Positions 18,814 to 27,887 of a DNA stretch of 64,000 bases are shown one piece after another. The translations under genes were made by a program, and so were the position numbers. Position 1 is the first letter of the stretch; each line of letters opens with the position of its first letter. The DNA comes from an uncultured Nitrososphaerota archaeon (GTDB taxonomy: Archaea; Korarchaeota; Korarchaeia; Korarchaeales; Korarchaeaceae): assembly GCA_964594835.1 (NCBI GenBank), contig CAZQNA010000001.1, positions 96,001 through 160,000 of the forward strand, read 5' to 3'. The notes beneath the pieces were generated by a model. It was not told where the DNA came from. It searched no databases and saw nothing but the letters and a program-made list of their open reading frames with translations.

Positions 18814-20277
18814 TCAGGCTGGCCTGGTGAACCTGTCGACGAGTTCCCGAGTGGAGAGGAGGATCACGTCGAGCCTTCCAAGGGTCCTCAGGTACTTCGC
18901 CGCCTTTGCGGAGTTGGTTGCGATCACCCGGTAGCCCATCTCCCTCAGTGGGGCGACCACCATGCAGGTGTCGGCATAAACCCTGGCCCCGCTCTCCTCG
19001 AGCTCCCGGAGCACTCCCTCGGGGAGCTGGGCTAGGGTGGCCCTGGCGGTGAAGAGCCAGAACGGAACTTCGGTCCTCCTCCCCCTAAGCAGCGCGTGAA
19101 TCTCCCTAAGCTCCCCCAGGGAGAGGTGGGGGCACCCTAGCGTCACGAGGTCCGGGGCGGACCCCGTGGTGCTCAGCCTCTCGACGACACCGTTCAGATC
19201 CCCCCTGTCGATCCTCAGGACGTTCGACCCTCTCGGGGGGCTTTGGGAAGCCGCGGTCACTCCCTCAACGTGAAACAGCTCTATGCTGCCGGAGGCAGCC
19301 CCGCCAGCCCCCATGGCCTTGAGCTCGTCCACCGAGGCGTCTTTGATCCCCCGGTAGAGCGGAACTCCCCTGGGGGCCATCTCTCCGACCAGGTACCCGG
19401 CGACCGAGAAGTCGGTGGTCCCGGACAGCGAGCCGTCGGTCTCGACCAGCACCGTGGGGCGCCTCTCCTCGTCGAGGTGCATGCCGTAGGCGGGGGTCAG
19501 GCCGACCACGGCTGCCACGATTGCCTTCACCGAACCCTCCCGGTTGGTACGGGCTCCCAGCACGCTGTTCGCAAAGGCCACCGCGCTTGACTCACCCCAG
19601 CACACGTGCTCGCCTGGTCTGGGAAGGTTTCCCGCGAGGTATGGTGTGCAGGTCAGCGTGGGGACCGCCCCCATGTCCACCAGCAGCCTCACGATCCTGA
19701 TCTGCCTCTCTGCGAAGCCCTCCGGAACCCCCATCTCCCTCCAGCGGGCGAGGTCCATGCCGGCCGGGTTCGTCGTCACCAGAGTCCTGAACCGCGTTCC
19801 CCTCTCCGCCAGACCCTCCAGGAACTCCAGCCCCGCATCCCCTATCGTGGCGTATGAGATGCCAGAGAGGTGAACTGACCTGACGGGGAGGTACTTCTCC
19901 GCCCCCGCGAGGGAGGCCTCCCTCTGGAGGAACCTGACGAACTCCTCCGGCACCCCCTCGGGGACCGCCGGCCTGGGGGCGGGCGAGGATCCCAGAACCC
20001 TGACCGGTATGCCGACGAGCTCGGCGCTGATCGTGACGCTGTCCGGGTGCTCGAGCACGATCTCTCGGGGCGCTACGCCTCGCCTGGCCAGCTTGAACAG
20101 GCCGTAGGCGCCCACCGTGGAGCCCACCGAGTGGGGCATCACCACCCTCCTTCCTGCCACGCTCTGCCCGGCCTGAGGGTGCCCGGGCTGCGTTATGATC
20201 CCCGTCTCGGGGTCCACGCCGTCGAGCCAGCTCAGCGGCGCCGTGAGCCTGAGCTCATTCCCCCGAGACTCACTCAA
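18814..20277 (-). CDS. Aconitase X (phosphomevalonate dehydratase-like), small and large subunits fused
   Basis: N-terminal swivel domain LSWLDGVDPETG..GSTVG; large subunit TTNPAGMD, TCTPY, ESSA, GCPH, DTCMVV, TNSAKAAKY. Confidence 0.88.
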   Translation of the reverse strand: MSESRGNELRLTAPLSWLDGVDPETGIITQPGHPQAGQSVAGRRVVMPHSVGSTVGAYGLFKLARRGVAPREIVLEHPDSVTISAELVGIPVRVLGSSPAPRPAVPEGVPEEFVRFLQREASLAGAEKYLPVRSVHLSGISYATIGDAGLEFLEGLAERGTRFRTLVTTNPAGMDLARWREMGVPEGFAERQIRIVRLLVDMGAVPTLTCTPYLAGNLPRPGEHVCWGESSAVAFANSVLGARTNREGSVKAIVAAVVGLTPAYGMHLDEERRPTVLVETDGSLSGTTDFSVAGYLVGEMAPRGVPLYRGIKDASVDELKAMGAGGAASGSIELFHVEGVTAASQSPPRGSNVLRIDRGDLNGVVERLSTTGSAPDLVTLGCPHLSLGELREIHALLRGRRTEVPFWLFTARATLAQLPEGVLRELEESGARVYADTCMVVAPLREMGYRVIATNSAKAAKYLRTLGRLDVILLSTRELVDRFTRPA

Positions 20278-21457
20278 TCTCCTCTGCCCCCAGAACCTTG
20301 AGCGCGGCCTCGAGCCCGTCGGGCGGACCCAGGAGGATCACGACGTCTCCGCCCCTGATCCTGAACGTGTCCCTCGGCTCGAATACCCACCTCAGACCGC
20401 GCCTCACGGCCAGTATCTCCATCCCCGTCGACTCCTCCAGCTCGAGCTCCCCCACCTCCCTGCCCTCGGCGGGGGAACCCTCCCTCACGCGAACCCAGGC
20501 TATGGACTCTTCGCTCTCCTCGACCACGGCCGCGAGGACCTCGTGGATGGCAACCCCCCTCTCCACGACGCTGGCCATCCTGTGGGCCGCGTCCCCTATC
20601 CTCTCCGCCGCGGAGCCGGCCCTGAGGAGGCCGACAACGGCCCTCGGGTCTGCCCTGCCGGCCAGTCCCCTGAGGACCTTGAGCTCGAACTCCTCGTGAA
20701 GCTCGTCTATCTCGTCCTCGAGCCTGGAGACCTCGAGGGCTATCGCCTGGCTGCTCATTAGCATGGAAGCGTAGGCGAGGTAGACCATCAGCTCGGAGTG
20801 CGCCCTGAGGACTTGGAGGGCGTGGGCGAGCTCCCTCGACTCCGGACCGACCTCGACCCCCTCCGGCCGGGGCCTGATCGGCAGTCCGAGGAGAGACCTC
20901 ACGGCCTCCACTCCCTCCCTGGTGCCCTCCAGGAGCAGCATGTCCCCCTCCTGGAGGACCAGGTCGTCTGGGTAGTCGAAGAGCCACCTCCCGCCGCGCT
21001 TCACGGCCAGAATGTCGCATCCAGCGAGCTTCTCAGGCTCGTACAGTTCGGAAACCTTCATCCCGACGAGGGGGGCGGCCTCCCCCAGCCTCACTAGGCC
21101 GATAACCTCCTCCGACTCCATGAACGCCGCGGATATGGACTCGTGGAGGGGGTAGCCCTTCAGGATTATCTTCGCCAGGTCGCCCACGGCGTCGCTTATC
21201 TCGTCCGCGGCCGCCCCGACCTCCAGAATGGCCGCCAGCTCCTCGGCCTCCTCCAGTGACCTGCCCGCGACTATCGTCCTGACCGACAGCTCGTACCTCA
21301 GGTCGTCCAGCTCGTTCTCCAGCTCCAGCACCTCGTCCGCGATCTCGTCGTCGTTGTACATCAGGGCGGCGTAGGCGAGGCTGATCGCGAGCTCCGATCG
21401 ATCCTTCATCTCCAGCAGGATGTCCCTAACCGTCCTCTGCTTGACAGCCCTCACCAC
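20270..21457 (-). CDS. Tandem PhoU-like/TrkA-C (RCK-C) protein
   Basis: Two repeats of helical LAYA..E..LE.E.D..ISDA/IGDA followed by ILAVKRG/ILAVRRG..GD.L TrkA-C domains. Confidence 0.82.
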   Translation of the reverse strand: MVRAVKQRTVRDILLEMKDRSELAISLAYAALMYNDDEIADEVLELENELDDLRYELSVRTIVAGRSLEEAEELAAILEVGAAADEISDAVGDLAKIILKGYPLHESISAAFMESEEVIGLVRLGEAAPLVGMKVSELYEPEKLAGCDILAVKRGGRWLFDYPDDLVLQEGDMLLLEGTREGVEAVRSLLGLPIRPRPEGVEVGPESRELAHALQVLRAHSELMVYLAYASMLMSSQAIALEVSRLEDEIDELHEEFELKVLRGLAGRADPRAVVGLLRAGSAAERIGDAAHRMASVVERGVAIHEVLAAVVEESEESIAWVRVREGSPAEGREVGELELEESTGMEILAVRRGLRWVFEPRDTFRIRGGDVVILLGPPDGLEAALKVLGAEEIE

Positions 21458-21532
21458 GGGGGAGAGCCCTCCGGGTGGGCTCCGGCCCGGCCTAATAAAA
21501 TGGGGGGTGGGCTGGCCGGAGGTCGGGCGGGC

Positions 21533-22609
21533 TCAGATCCCCTTCAGGGACTCGACCGTCTTGCGGTCGAGCCTCCTGACGACCTCCGAAACCAGCCTCA
21601 CCGCCGCGTCAACGTCCCTGGGCATTAGCATGGAGCTGTGGGAGTGGATGTGCCTGGTCGGAACGGATATCACGATCGTGGGCACGCCCGTGTAGTGCAG
21701 GTGTATCCTGTGCCCGTCGGTCCCCCCGGAGACGGCCGACAGCTGATAGGGCACCCCGATCTCCTCTGCGACGGATATGACGAGCTCCTTTAGGGGCTGG
21801 TTGGGGATCATGGTCCTGTCCCACGTGATTATGGAGACCCCCTTCCCCATCTTCGCGGGCGCCTCGCGCTCCGTCACGCCGGGGACGTCTCCGGCTATGT
21901 CCACCTCGCACACAATGGCCACGTCTGGGTCCACGACGTCCGCGGTCGTCTCGGCCCCCCTCAGGCCAACCTCCTCCTGGACCGTGCCCGCCGCGTAGAG
22001 GACGTTCGGGTGATCCGACCCGACCTGCCTGAGCACCTCCATGGCCATGAAGACGCCTATCCTGTCGTCGAACGCCTTGCCCAGCCAGACCTCTCCTCCC
22101 CTGAGCTCCCTGAACTCGGCCAGCGGGGCCACTGGATCTCCGATCCTGATCCCCATCTCCCTGACCTCGTCCCTGCTTGTGGCCCCCACGTCGATGTACA
22201 GGTCCTTCAGCTCGGGCGCCTTCTTCCTCTCCTCAGGTGGGAGGAGGTGTGGGGGCTTCGACACGAGCACCCCCACGTGATCCCCTTTCTTGGACCTCAC
22301 CACGACTCTGTGGGCCGGGAGCGTCGTGGTCACCCAGCCCCCGAGGGTCTGAAACGACAGGTAGCCTCCCTCAGTTATCCCGTTGACGATGAATCCCACC
22401 TCGTCCATGTGCCCGGCGAGGAGCACCCGGGGCCTGTCCCTCTCGCTCCCCGCCCTCCTGAGGACTATCGAGCCCAGGGCGTCGTGGAGGACCTGATCCG
22501 CGTACCGCCCGTACTCCTCTCTCACGATCCGGGCGACCTCGCCCTCAAAGCCGGACGGTCCAAAGGCCTCGCTCAGCCTCCTGAAGACCTCGACCCGATC
22601 CGCGTCCAG
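21533..22609 (-). CDS. M42 family (TET) aminopeptidase
   Basis: GPSGFE, AGHMDEVG, KAFDDR, VQEEVGLRGA, GGTD, RHIHS; start extended to CTG 22609. Confidence 0.93.
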   Translation of the reverse strand: MDADRVEVFRRLSEAFGPSGFEGEVARIVREEYGRYADQVLHDALGSIVLRRAGSERDRPRVLLAGHMDEVGFIVNGITEGGYLSFQTLGGWVTTTLPAHRVVVRSKKGDHVGVLVSKPPHLLPPEERKKAPELKDLYIDVGATSRDEVREMGIRIGDPVAPLAEFRELRGGEVWLGKAFDDRIGVFMAMEVLRQVGSDHPNVLYAAGTVQEEVGLRGAETTADVVDPDVAIVCEVDIAGDVPGVTEREAPAKMGKGVSIITWDRTMIPNQPLKELVISVAEEIGVPYQLSAVSGGTDGHRIHLHYTGVPTIVISVPTRHIHSHSSMLMPRDVDAAVRLVSEVVRRLDRKTVESLKGI

Positions 22610-22713
22610 TCTGGGTCACCCGCCGCCGAGTCCACACGTCTCCCTTAACGGTTGTGGCCTGGCTCACTGGGAGGACTTAATTTGGAGGCCGCACCCCACG
22701 TCCGCGAGACGAT

Positions 22714-23712
22714 TTGCGGGGCGAGGAGACGAGGAGGGAGATACTGGGGCAGCCCGACCTCATGAGGAGGGCGCTCTCTCTGCTGTCGACCCCCGCCAGG
22801 TACGCGGCCGAGGCGCTCGCCACGAGGGAGTTCGTCTACTCCATAGGGGTGGGGCCGGCCCTCTACCCGGCCTCCCTCCTCGGCAGAGTCCTCAGCAAGG
22901 TCGGAGGCCCGGGGTCCATCGAGATGGAGGCTAGCGACTTCCTGGACTGGCTCGCGGAGAGACCGAAGAGGCCCGCCGCCGTGATATTCTCGGAGACCGG
23001 GGAGGAGAGGGAGGCTCTGCTCGCCATAAGGGAGCTCAGGAGGAGGGATCCCACGGCGCCCGTGGTCTCCGTCCTCGGCAGCCCGGGGAGCACCCTTCAC
23101 AGGGCCTCAGACTTCGGCCTCGTCTTCACGAGGGGGCCCGGGAGAATGGGGCTCTTCTCCCCGATGTCGGTCGCCGGCCTCCTCCTCGCTTCTGAGGTGG
23201 CCAGGCTGGCCGGGATGGCCGGCAAGGCCAAGTCTCTGAGGGCCCTCCTGGAGGCGGCCCCCAGCCAGGCCGACGAGGCCCTCAGAAGGGCGGGCCCAGC
23301 GCTCGGGGAGGCGGCGAACCTGGTGGCCAGGTCTCGCCTCATCTTCGTGGTGTCGACCAACGGGATGAAGCCGGCGGCCCTGGAGTTCTCGTACAGGCTC
23401 ACCCTGATGTCGGAGGTGATGTGCGACGTCTCGTCTCCAGGGGAGTTCCTCGCCACGAAGCACAGGCTGATCTCCGCAGGCACACCGGTGCTCGTGATAG
23501 AGCCCGAGAGGTTCCCCGACGTGAGGCTGGCCGCCGAGAGGTACGGCGCCACGGTGGTGGGGGTGGGGCCAGATGGGCCGCACGTCCCGCTTGGCGTGAG
23601 GCCGCAGGGCGAGGTAGCGCCCCTGGTCTACGCCCCGACCCTCCTTCTCCTCGCCCTGGAGATCACGCTCAGCAGGGGTGTGGACCCGGATGAGAAGCTG
23701 GGGGTGATGTGA
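22714..23712 (+). CDS. Double SIS-domain protein (GlmS isomerase-like, divergent)
   Basis: REILGQP, FSETGE (SQSGET), STLHRASD, ALEF, GEF. Confidence 0.75.
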   Translation: MRGEETRREILGQPDLMRRALSLLSTPARYAAEALATREFVYSIGVGPALYPASLLGRVLSKVGGPGSIEMEASDFLDWLAERPKRPAAVIFSETGEEREALLAIRELRRRDPTAPVVSVLGSPGSTLHRASDFGLVFTRGPGRMGLFSPMSVAGLLLASEVARLAGMAGKAKSLRALLEAAPSQADEALRRAGPALGEAANLVARSRLIFVVSTNGMKPAALEFSYRLTLMSEVMCDVSSPGEFLATKHRLISAGTPVLVIEPERFPDVRLAAERYGATVVGVGPDGPHVPLGVRPQGEVAPLVYAPTLLLLALEITLSRGVDPDEKLGVM

Positions 23713-24399
23713 TTGAGTTACGATCGAGTGGAGAGCCGTGTGTGGTGGCTGTTCGACGTGGATGACGTCCTATACGACGCAACGCTGCTGAAGAGGCTGG
23801 CCCGGGAGAACGCGGTCGTGGCCATGATAGAGGCCGGGCTGCCCGCCGACTTCGAACTCCTCCTCAGGAAGGTCAATGAGGTCGTGGAGGAGAGGGGGGA
23901 GGACTACACGAGGCACTTCGACGACGCGATAGCGGCCCTAGGGTTGAAGGTGGACCCGAGGGTCATCGCGGCCGGGGTGATAGCCTATCACGACACGAAG
24001 CGGGCGTTCCTGAGGCCCCTCCCGAGGGTCTTCAGGACTCTCCTCACGCTGAGGGACCGAGGGCACGGCCTGGCGCTATCCTCGCCTGGCAGCCCCGTCA
24101 AGGAGTGGGAGAAGGTCATCAGGCTCGGCCTCCATCACCTCTTCGAGGCGGCCTGGGTCGGAGAGCCCGATCGAGAGAGGCTCAGAGCCTCTCTCGATGA
24201 ACTCGGCGTCCGAGGGGACGGCTGCGTCTACGTGACCGCCAGGCCCGAGGGGGTCGACTCGGCCAAGGAACTCGGGATGAGGGCCGTGAGGGTCAGGAGG
24301 GGAAAGCGGGCGTCCGAGGACTCCTCTCAACAACCAGACCTCGAGGTGGTGTCGATTTGGGAGATCGCGGATCGTGCGGAAAGCCTTTTCAGAGAGTGA
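23713..24399 (+). CDS. HAD-superfamily hydrolase (archaeal TIGR02253-like)
   Basis: FDVDDVL, AAGVIAYH, WEKVIRLGL. Confidence 0.85.
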   Translation: MSYDRVESRVWWLFDVDDVLYDATLLKRLARENAVVAMIEAGLPADFELLLRKVNEVVEERGEDYTRHFDDAIAALGLKVDPRVIAAGVIAYHDTKRAFLRPLPRVFRTLLTLRDRGHGLALSSPGSPVKEWEKVIRLGLHHLFEAAWVGEPDRERLRASLDELGVRGDGCVYVTARPEGVDSAKELGMRAVRVRRGKRASEDSSQQPDLEVVSIWEIADRAESLFRE

Positions 24400-24845
24400 T
24401 CGTGGCCGGAACGTTCGACCGACTTCACGCGGGACACGAATCTCTCCTGGGCTTGGCGGCCTCTCTGGGGAGGGAGGTGCTCGTGGGCCTAGCGGACGGT
24501 CCCCTCCTCAGGTCAAAGAGGCACCAGGAGATCATCCAACCCTTTGAGGAGAGGAGGAGGGCGGTGGAATCCTTCCTCTCGGAGAGGGGAGTCAAGCCCA
24601 GGGTCGTCCGCATAACGGATCCCGTTGGGCCCGCTGGCGAGGACGCCGGGGCCGACGCCCTAGTGGTGTCCGAGGAGACAATACCGGGGGCGCTGCTGGT
24701 CAACCAGGTCAGGCGGGAGAGGGGACTGAGCCCGCTCTATATAGTGGTCTGTCCCCTGATCCCGGCGGAGGACAGGGGGAGGCTCAGCTCCACGAGGATC
24801 AGGGCCGGTGAGATCGACAGGAGGGGGAGGGTTCTCAAGCCCTAA
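24357..24845 (+). CDS. coaD: Phosphopantetheine adenylyltransferase
   Basis: AGTFDRLHAGH, LVVSEET, VNQVRRERGL, LSSTRIRAGEID. Confidence 0.92.
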   Translation: MGDRGSCGKPFQRVIVAGTFDRLHAGHESLLGLAASLGREVLVGLADGPLLRSKRHQEIIQPFEERRRAVESFLSERGVKPRVVRITDPVGPAGEDAGADALVVSEETIPGALLVNQVRRERGLSPLYIVVCPLIPAEDRGRLSSTRIRAGEIDRRGRVLKP

Positions 24846-24872
24846 ATATTGACCGCCGGAAGAGGACCCATA

Positions 24873-24931
24873 GGCGATGATGACTATTCGGCAAGAGGGG
24901 TCCAGTGCCCCGGAAGAGGGTCGGCTGAGCC
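24873..24931 (+). ncRNA. C/D-box sRNA candidate
   Basis: C box ATGATGA 24877-24883, D box CTGA 24925-24928, terminal GGC/GCC stem, TATA-like TAAATATT about 25 nt upstream. Confidence 0.65.
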
Positions 24932-24945
24932 CGAGGTGATGGAGC

Positions 24946-25635
24946 ATGTTCCCGATACGTGACGAGAATCCGAGCGGCATAAGGCCAACGGTCACCTACG
25001 CGCTGATAGCGGCCAACGTGATCGCCTTCCTCTGGGAGCTGGTCTACGGGCTGGATCGGGCCGTCTTAGAACTCGGCTTTGTGCCCGCCCTGTTCTTGGC
25101 GGACCCGCTGGGGAACGCCTACAGGATATTCACGTCGATGTTTCTTCACGGGGGCTGGTCCCACCTGATAGGCAACATGATCTACCTTTACATCTTTGGA
25201 GACAACGTCGAGGCGGCCTTCGGTAGGGGGAAGTACCTGACGTTCTACCTGGCCTCGGGCGTGGGCGCCACTGGGCTCCACGTCCTGACGGCGATGGCTC
25301 CTCCGGCGTCATACGTCCCGGCGGTTGGGGCTTCAGGGGCCATAAGCGGTGTCCTCGGGGCGTACTGGCTCTTCTATCCCCACGCGAGGATACAGACAGT
25401 CGTCACCTACGGGTTCTTCTGGCAGGTGGTCAGGATACCGGCGTACTACTACATAGGGTTTTGGTTCGTGTACCAGCTGATCATGGGAACGCTGGGGGTC
25501 TCCGGCGTGGCCTGGTGGGCTCACATCGGTGGGTTCATCACCGGAATCGTCCTGGGCGTCCCTCTTAGGAGGGAGGCAAGGAGGAGGGAGGCGCTCAGGA
25601 GGGGCTACCTGGACTACTACGTGACTTGGTACTGA
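24946..25635 (+). CDS. Rhomboid intramembrane serine protease
   Basis: SMFLHGG..HL.GN, VGASGAISG, AWWAHIGG. Confidence 0.95.
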   Translation: MFPIRDENPSGIRPTVTYALIAANVIAFLWELVYGLDRAVLELGFVPALFLADPLGNAYRIFTSMFLHGGWSHLIGNMIYLYIFGDNVEAAFGRGKYLTFYLASGVGATGLHVLTAMAPPASYVPAVGASGAISGVLGAYWLFYPHARIQTVVTYGFFWQVVRIPAYYYIGFWFVYQLIMGTLGVSGVAWWAHIGGFITGIVLGVPLRREARRREALRRGYLDYYVTWY

Positions 25636-25653
25636 GGGTGGGACTCTCTATCC

Positions 25654-26496
25654 TCAGAGTAGGGGGAGGGCCCTCCATCGGAGGCCCTCCTCCACGACGA
25701 CTGCCGCGGGCGTCCCGCCGTAGAACCTGCAGCTGAAAACGCTAAGCAGACCTCCGCCGAAGAACGCCCTGACCCCCTCCGGAAAGAACTCGTGGGCCCT
25801 CACGACGAGCTTCAGCCCCGAGTTGTCGACGAAGCGCCTGAAGGCCGCCTCTCCGAACCTGAATATTCCGGGTCCCCGGGGACTTGGGGCGAACTCCTCC
25901 ACGGCCTCATCTGGATCGTTCCAGAGGAGCTGGAGGGCCACTGGGTGGTCGGGGTTGAGGTCCCCCTTCGGGAGCTCCGCCACCGACTGGGCCCTCTCGA
26001 GCCCCTTGGGCACGCCCCCGTGGACGGCAAAGACCTCCTCACCTATCAGGGCGGCGTACGGAAGCTGAGCGAACAGCCGGGAGACCCGTCCATAGACGGA
26101 GGCCCCATAGAGGTCCGACAGGGCCCTGAGGAAGCCGTAGTAGGGGTTAGTGATCGGGCTCTCGTGGTTTCCGCGGAGTAGCACGACCCTCTCGGGCTCC
26201 GCCAGCCGCCACGCCAGCACGAAGGAGAGCGTCTCGACCTGCCTAGGCCCCCTGTCGACGTAGTCCCCCAGGAGGACGACGGTCCCCCCCAACCTCTCTG
26301 CCAACCCCCTCGCCCTGACCGCGGACTCTAGATCTCCATGCGTGTCGCCCACGAAGAGGACGGGCCACGGGGGCTCCACCTGGAGGAGTAGTGGGGCCCT
26401 TGAGAACTCCTCCTCGGCTAGGTCGACGAGGGAGAGGAATGCCTCCCTCTCCGGCGGCAGGTCGGGCCTCGCTAGGATGTCCCTAGGGTCAGCCAA
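25654..26496 (-). CDS. PPP-family Ser/Thr protein phosphatase
   Basis: GDTHG, GDYVDRG, LRGNHE, VHGG, LLWNDP, RAHE. Confidence 0.92.
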   Translation of the reverse strand: MADPRDILARPDLPPEREAFLSLVDLAEEEFSRAPLLLQVEPPWPVLFVGDTHGDLESAVRARGLAERLGGTVVLLGDYVDRGPRQVETLSFVLAWRLAEPERVVLLRGNHESPITNPYYGFLRALSDLYGASVYGRVSRLFAQLPYAALIGEEVFAVHGGVPKGLERAQSVAELPKGDLNPDHPVALQLLWNDPDEAVEEFAPSPRGPGIFRFGEAAFRRFVDNSGLKLVVRAHEFFPEGVRAFFGGGLLSVFSCRFYGGTPAAVVVEEGLRWRALPLL

Positions 26497-27883
26497 TCCT
26501 GGGGGGCCTCCCGACCGCTAGGTAGACCATTCCGCCGGGCACCTCTCGGGCGTCCAGACAGTCTCTGCCGTCGACGACAACTCTGAGAGAGCCGCCGGAG
26601 AGCTCCCTCAGCGCGCGCGGACTCATCCCCACGTACTCGGGGTGATCCGTCGAGAGCACGGCGACCTCGCACCCGCGCAGGGCTGCCTCGAGGTCTGAGA
26701 AGAGCTCAACCTCCTCGGGGAGCCCCTCTCTGCTCGCGACCCGTGGATCGTGGACCCTTACCTCTCCGAAGCCGAGGTCCAGGAGTCGATCGACTAGGTC
26801 GTAGGTCGGACTCAGCCTGGCGTCCGCGACTCCCCCCCTGAAGGCCAGCCCGAGCACGCACACCCTGACTCGCCGGGGATCCAGCCCCGATCGCCTCGCC
26901 CCCTCCAAGGCCAGCCTGGCCACGTGCCCCGGCATCTCCGAGTTCACCCTCCTCGCCAGCTCGACGAGGCCGAGGGGCACGCCGACGTCTCTCGCCGACT
27001 CCAGGAGGAAGTGGGGGTAGACAGGTATGCAGGCCCCGCCCACCCCCGTCCCGGGGCGATGCAGGTGGCAGAAGGGCTGACTGTTCGCCGCCCTCCTGAC
27101 CTCCTCGAACTCTATCCCCAGCCTGCTGGCGAGGATCGCGAGCTGGTTGGCCAGGGCTATGTTGACGTCCCTGTACACCCCCTCCGCGAGCTTCTCGAAC
27201 TCCGCCGCCACGTCGCTGGAGAGCACCATGACGCCCCGCTTGGCCACCGCCTGATACAGGGCGGCCGCGGCCCTGGCGCTCTCCGGCCCGACCCCTCCGA
27301 CGATCTTGGGATACCTCTCGACGATGTCCTCCAGCGCCCTGCCGACGTAGATCCTCTCTGGGCTGTACGCCAGGCCGAAATCCCTCTCCGCCACGAGTCC
27401 GCTCTCCTCCTCCAGGATGGGCTTCAGGACCTTCCTGGTGGTCCCCGGGGGGACGCTGCTCTCGAGGATGACCAGATCGCCCCTCTTCAGGCCCTTCCCA
27501 ATCGACCTGGTGGCGGCCCTGAGCGCGGAGAGGTCGGAACTGACCGAATCACCCTCGAACCTGAGACTCGTCGGTACGGCTATCAGCTTGACGTCCGACT
27601 CCCGGGAGGCCATGACGCCGTCGGTTGTCGCCCTGAGCCTGCCAGATGCCAGCGCCTCTCTCAGCGCCTCCTCCACCCCGGGCTCGTCGACGGGGCTGCG
27701 GCCCGCGGCGACGGCCGCGACCCTGCCCTCGTCGATATCGACCCCAATGGCCCTGGCGCCCGCGGACAGCCAGGCTGCCATGAGCGGGGTGCCGACGTAG
27801 CCCAGCCCGTAGACCGAGACTGTGATCTCGCCGCTGCCCAGGGCCTCGATCAGCCGATCCTCCGCCTCTCCAAGAACCCTCAT
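26489..27883 (-). CDS. Nucleotide-sugar dehydrogenase (UDP-ManNAc/GlcNAc type)
   Basis: GLGYVG, ESSVPPGTT, YSPER, KLAEG.YRDVNIA, GVGGACIP; ATG 27883 has a GGTGA SD. Confidence 0.92.
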   Translation of the reverse strand: MRVLGEAEDRLIEALGSGEITVSVYGLGYVGTPLMAAWLSAGARAIGVDIDEGRVAAVAAGRSPVDEPGVEEALREALASGRLRATTDGVMASRESDVKLIAVPTSLRFEGDSVSSDLSALRAATRSIGKGLKRGDLVILESSVPPGTTRKVLKPILEEESGLVAERDFGLAYSPERIYVGRALEDIVERYPKIVGGVGPESARAAAALYQAVAKRGVMVLSSDVAAEFEKLAEGVYRDVNIALANQLAILASRLGIEFEEVRRAANSQPFCHLHRPGTGVGGACIPVYPHFLLESARDVGVPLGLVELARRVNSEMPGHVARLALEGARRSGLDPRRVRVCVLGLAFRGGVADARLSPTYDLVDRLLDLGFGEVRVHDPRVASREGLPEEVELFSDLEAALRGCEVAVLSTDHPEYVGMSPRALRELSGGSLRVVVDGRDCLDAREVPGGMVYLAVGRPPRIG

Positions 27884-27887
27884 CCAA

